Shown: one piece after another, positions 61,310-64,000 of the stretch
Layout of the letters: each line of letters opens with the position of its first letter
How positions within the stretch are numbered: the stretch's first letter is position 1
Notes under the pieces: generated by a model
Database searches by the model: none
Seen by the model: the letters and a program-made list of their open reading frames with translations, nothing else
What the model was told of the DNA's origin: nothing
From: a virus
Length of the DNA stretch: 64,000 bases
Reading direction: 5' to 3' (one strand)
IMG/VR virus record: IMGVR_UViG_3300020179_002092
Coordinates: 10,496-74,495 of that record
Program-made: the position numbers and the translations under genes

Positions 61310-64000
61310 CTATATTCCATATACTATTACATATGCATGTCTATTTGCACCATTTACAACACTACCAACCTTACTGGGACTAGTATCTAATGTTAGTCGA
61401 TGTACAGACGGATCAAATGCAGTAAATGCATCTGGTGGGCCGCTACTACTTGCAACAAGACCTTTAAAAGTAGTTTGATTATCTACATGCCTAGCATCAT
61501 ATCCTGGCCCAGTAGTATTACCTGCTATAGAAGAGCCAGGATTAAATGCCCAATACATTATACCAATTGGTGGTAGGGTAAAACCAGTCAGTGTTATATC
61601 AATTTTTGAAGTTGTATTGTTTGCACCAGATGCAATAACTGCTTCACCAAGTCCACTAATTTTTGATATTGTATGTAGTGTTCCGCCATTGGTATAGTCT
61701 AAACGGAACACTAATTTAGTAATGCCACCGCTGCCACCGCCACCGCCATTTGCAGCAATCCAACCTACATCGTAATTTGTAGCACTAAGTTTTCCAAGTA
61801 TTTCACCTGCTGATCCTCCTATGGGTAATGATCCTAGGTCGCCTTTTAATCCTTGAATACCTTGACTAACCATACGATTCCAATAATTAATATTAGTATC
61901 ATTTGGCTCTTTACCATAAAAACCATAAGGAGCTAAAAATAGCATTGATGCTGGTGCACCAGTAATTGCGGTTGTACTTAAGGTAGGACCACCTGGTGTT
62001 AAACTCAATACAAATGAAGTCGCCGGTGAACCACCTATAGCTATTACATAATAATCAGTACCATTTGTATTATAACTACTATCATTTATTGGATTAGTAA
62101 CTGGTGTACCACTAACTCTAATTTTATCGCCGACTAACAAGCCTGATGGATTAAGCGTTGTTGCTGTAGACAAACAATTAAATACTCCGCCACTTGTTAC
62201 ACTAGTTATAGTTATTGGACTAGCTATTCCACTACCACGTATTGCTATCCAACTGTCACCTTTATACTGAACTGCATGGTTAGTATCATATACGACTGTA
62301 GGACTACTATAAGTACCACGCCAAGTTATTCCATAACCAGTTAACCCTTGTGTACCTAAATTACCTTTAATTCCCTGAAGTCCTTGTAAACTTTGTATGC
62401 CCTGTACGCCCTGTACGCCCTGTACGCCCTGTAAACCCTGTACGCCTTGTGTACTAACTGGGCCAGCATCTAACCATATTGAACCATTCCAAACATAAAG
62501 ATGTCTGTCATCTTGAACTATCCAAGTATCTCCTACAGTAGCTCCAGCTGGAAGATCAGCTACAATAGCAACAATACCTTTGATCATAATACCAAAACCT
62601 GCTTGACCTTGTAGTCCTTGTAGTCCTTGTAGTCCTTGTAGTCCTTGTAGTCCTTGTAGCCCTTTTAATCCCTGAATACTTTGTATTCCTTGTATTCCTT
62701 GTATTCCTTGTATTCCTTGTGTACTTATTGGACCAGCATCAACCCAAGTTAAATTATCCCAAATATATAAGTGTCTGTCACTATCAACTACATAAACGTC
62801 ACCTACTGTAGCTCCAGGCGGAAGATCAGATACAGTAGATACAACGCCTTTAATATTTATACCATAACCTATACTACCTTGTATACCTTGTAAACCCTGC
62901 AAACCTTGAACACCTTGACGTCCCTGAAGTCCTGTTTCTCCTTGAGCTCCACGTGCACCTTGTAATTGATCAAAACCGCCACCCTGTATACCTTGTATAC
63001 CTTGACGACCTTGAGTACCGCTACCTTGAACACCTTGTATACCTTGTAATTGATCATAGCCAAAACCACGGGGACCTTGTACGCCTGGTCCACCACTAGT
63101 ACCTGCAGGTCCTGCGGGCCCTATAATACCTGGTGCACCACTAAGATCACCTACTTCTACATATCCTCCAACTCCTCCGGTTTTGGGTCCTGCATATAGA
63201 AATAATTTGGAATCATCTGGATCAGTTTTATCTGGATTATTAATTATAGCAAATTCACCTGGTATAATTGAAGGAGCACCAATATTTTCATGATTCATTA
63301 GAGCAGCTCTGTTTATAAATACTTGAGCAATTCTAAATGCCATCCCTATAGCACCTTGATAGCCTTGTACACCTTGTACACCTTGTACACTTTGTATACC
63401 TTGTATACCTTGTGTACCCTGTAATCCTTGAGACACTAGTAATGTCCAATTGTTTCCTTCAACAGGTATAATACCAGAAGTAAGTGTAAATATCATTGAT
63501 CCACTTACAGTTCCTTCAGTAAACCCTATAGGTGTTCCACCAATAGCTGTACTTAATTTAAATTGAGAACTAGCGTCCGGTACAGAAATAATATAGTAGT
63601 ATGTTCCTAACGGATTATAACCGATAATTGTTGCTGTGCCACCGTCAGCAGTTCCAGATACATATATTCTGTCTCCTACCCTTAATCCCTTGTCTAAATT
63701 AACTGGATCACAACTAATTATACCTGTAGAATCTATACTTACATTAGTTAATGTTTCAGTTATAAAATCTTCTTTTACTAGCCAATTACTACCAAGATAG
63801 TGAACGATATCAAAATATTCATAATCTGCTGTTGAATTCCAAACACCTTTAGGAGTAAATCTTCTACCCTGAATGCCTTGTATACCCTGAATGCCTTGTA
63901 TACCCTGAATGCCTTGTATACCCTGAATGCCTTGTATACCCTGAATGCCTTGTATACCCTGAATGCCTTGTATACCCTGAATGCCTTGTATACCCTGAAT
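61310..64000 (-). CDS. Collagen-like fibre protein (5' partial; begins beyond the window)
   Basis: The frame of ORF 61310-63496 stays open to 64000 (IQGIQG...[15 protein letters not shown]...), so the ATG at 63496 is internal. Confidence 0.85.
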   Translation of the reverse strand: MQGIQGIQGIQGIQGIQGIQGIQGIQGIQGIQGIQGIQGIQGIQGRRFTPKGVWNSTADYEYFDIVHYLGSNWLVKEDFITETLTNVSIDSTGIISCDPVNLDKGLRVGDRIYVSGTADGGTATIIGYNPLGTYYYIISVPDASSQFKLSTAIGGTPIGFTEGTVSGSMIFTLTSGIIPVEGNNWTLLVSQGLQGTQGIQGIQSVQGVQGVQGYQGAIGMAFRIAQVFINRAALMNHENIGAPSIIPGEFAIINNPDKTDPDDSKLFLYAGPKTGGVGGYVEVGDLSGAPGIIGPAGPAGTSGGPGVQGPRGFGYDQLQGIQGVQGSGTQGRQGIQGIQGGGFDQLQGARGAQGETGLQGRQGVQGLQGLQGIQGSIGYGINIKGVVSTVSDLPPGATVGDVYVVDSDRHLYIWDNLTWVDAGPISTQGIQGIQGIQGIQSIQGLKGLQGLQGLQGLQGLQGLQGQAGFGIMIKGIVAIVADLPAGATVGDTWIVQDDRHLYVWNGSIWLDAGPVSTQGVQGLQGVQGVQGVQGIQSLQGLQGIKGNLGTQGLTGYGITWRGTYSSPTVVYDTNHAVQYKGDSWIAIRGSGIASPITITSVTSGGVFNCLSTATTLNPSGLLVGDKIRVSGTPVTNPINDSSYNTNGTDYYVIAIGGSPATSFVLSLTPGGPTLSTTAITGAPASMLFLAPYGFYGKEPNDTNINYWNRMVSQGIQGLKGDLGSLPIGGSAGEILGKLSATNYDVGWIAANGGGGGSGGITKLVFRLDYTNGGTLHTISKISGLGEAVIASGANNTTSKIDITLTGFTLPPIGIMYWAFNPGSSIAGNTTGPGYDARHVDNQTTFKGLVASSSGPPDAFTAFDPSVHRLTLDTSPSKVGSVVNGANRHAYVIVYGI
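63412..63868. repeat. Direct repeat copy B (457 bp, ~96% identical to 52260-52716)
   Basis: Manual alignment. Confidence 0.9.
63867..64000. repeat. Perfect 18-bp tandem repeat (CCCTGAATGCCTTGTATA), ~7.4 copies, encoding (GIQ)n
   Basis: Directly visible, running to the window end. Confidence 0.9.

Noticed and set aside
61310-63496. 728-aa ORF as a complete gene
   Set aside because: The frame stays open to the window edge, so the listed ATG is internal.
52260-63868. Canonical diversity-generating retroelement (TR/VR pair)
   Set aside because: No reverse transcriptase in the window, both copies are internal coding domains, and 9 of 20 mismatches are not at adenines.
1-64000. Stop-codon reassignment
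   Set aside because: Core genes are full length under the standard code, and TAA, TAG and TGA all act as stops.

Overview
The window is a segment of an AT-rich lytic dsDNA phage genome with a T5-like (Demerecviridae-type) replication module. The accessory genes suggest a betaproteobacterial, probably freshwater, host (inference). Positions 1-21.9 kb (+ strand) carry a GH130-like beta-propeller and a TPR gene, then a T5-collinear block: PC4-like protein, split NAD-dependent ligase A/B, D5, DnaB-like helicase, primase, family A polymerase, D10, D11, D12/D13, D14, D15 and dUTPase, ending in a class II (B12) ribonucleotide reductase. A ~3 kb accessory island between D13 and D14 holds psiE, dadA, two unannotated micro-peptides, a DUF3460-like gene and hypotheticals. 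After a bidirectional terminator at ~21.95 kb everything is on the - strand. That arm carries PhoH, a lysis cassette (holin, GH19 endolysin, o- and i-spanin) and a very large (>39 kb) array of fibre/adhesin-like genes: Gly-X-Gln collagens, glycine-rich and LamG proteins, an S8 protease, and four paralogous 'EDPxP' proteins. The most interesting signals are in this array: a three-gene cassette present twice, short domains reused at N-termini and internally in different fibres (possible branched fibre network), whole domains inserted into loops of a common scaffold, a 457-bp domain shared at ~96% identity by two collagen genes, an internally deleted fibre relic, and a cupredoxin-like motif inside a collagen fibre. 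I saw no tRNA, rRNA, CRISPR array, integrase or reverse transcriptase. All family assignments come from motif recognition by eye, not database searches.
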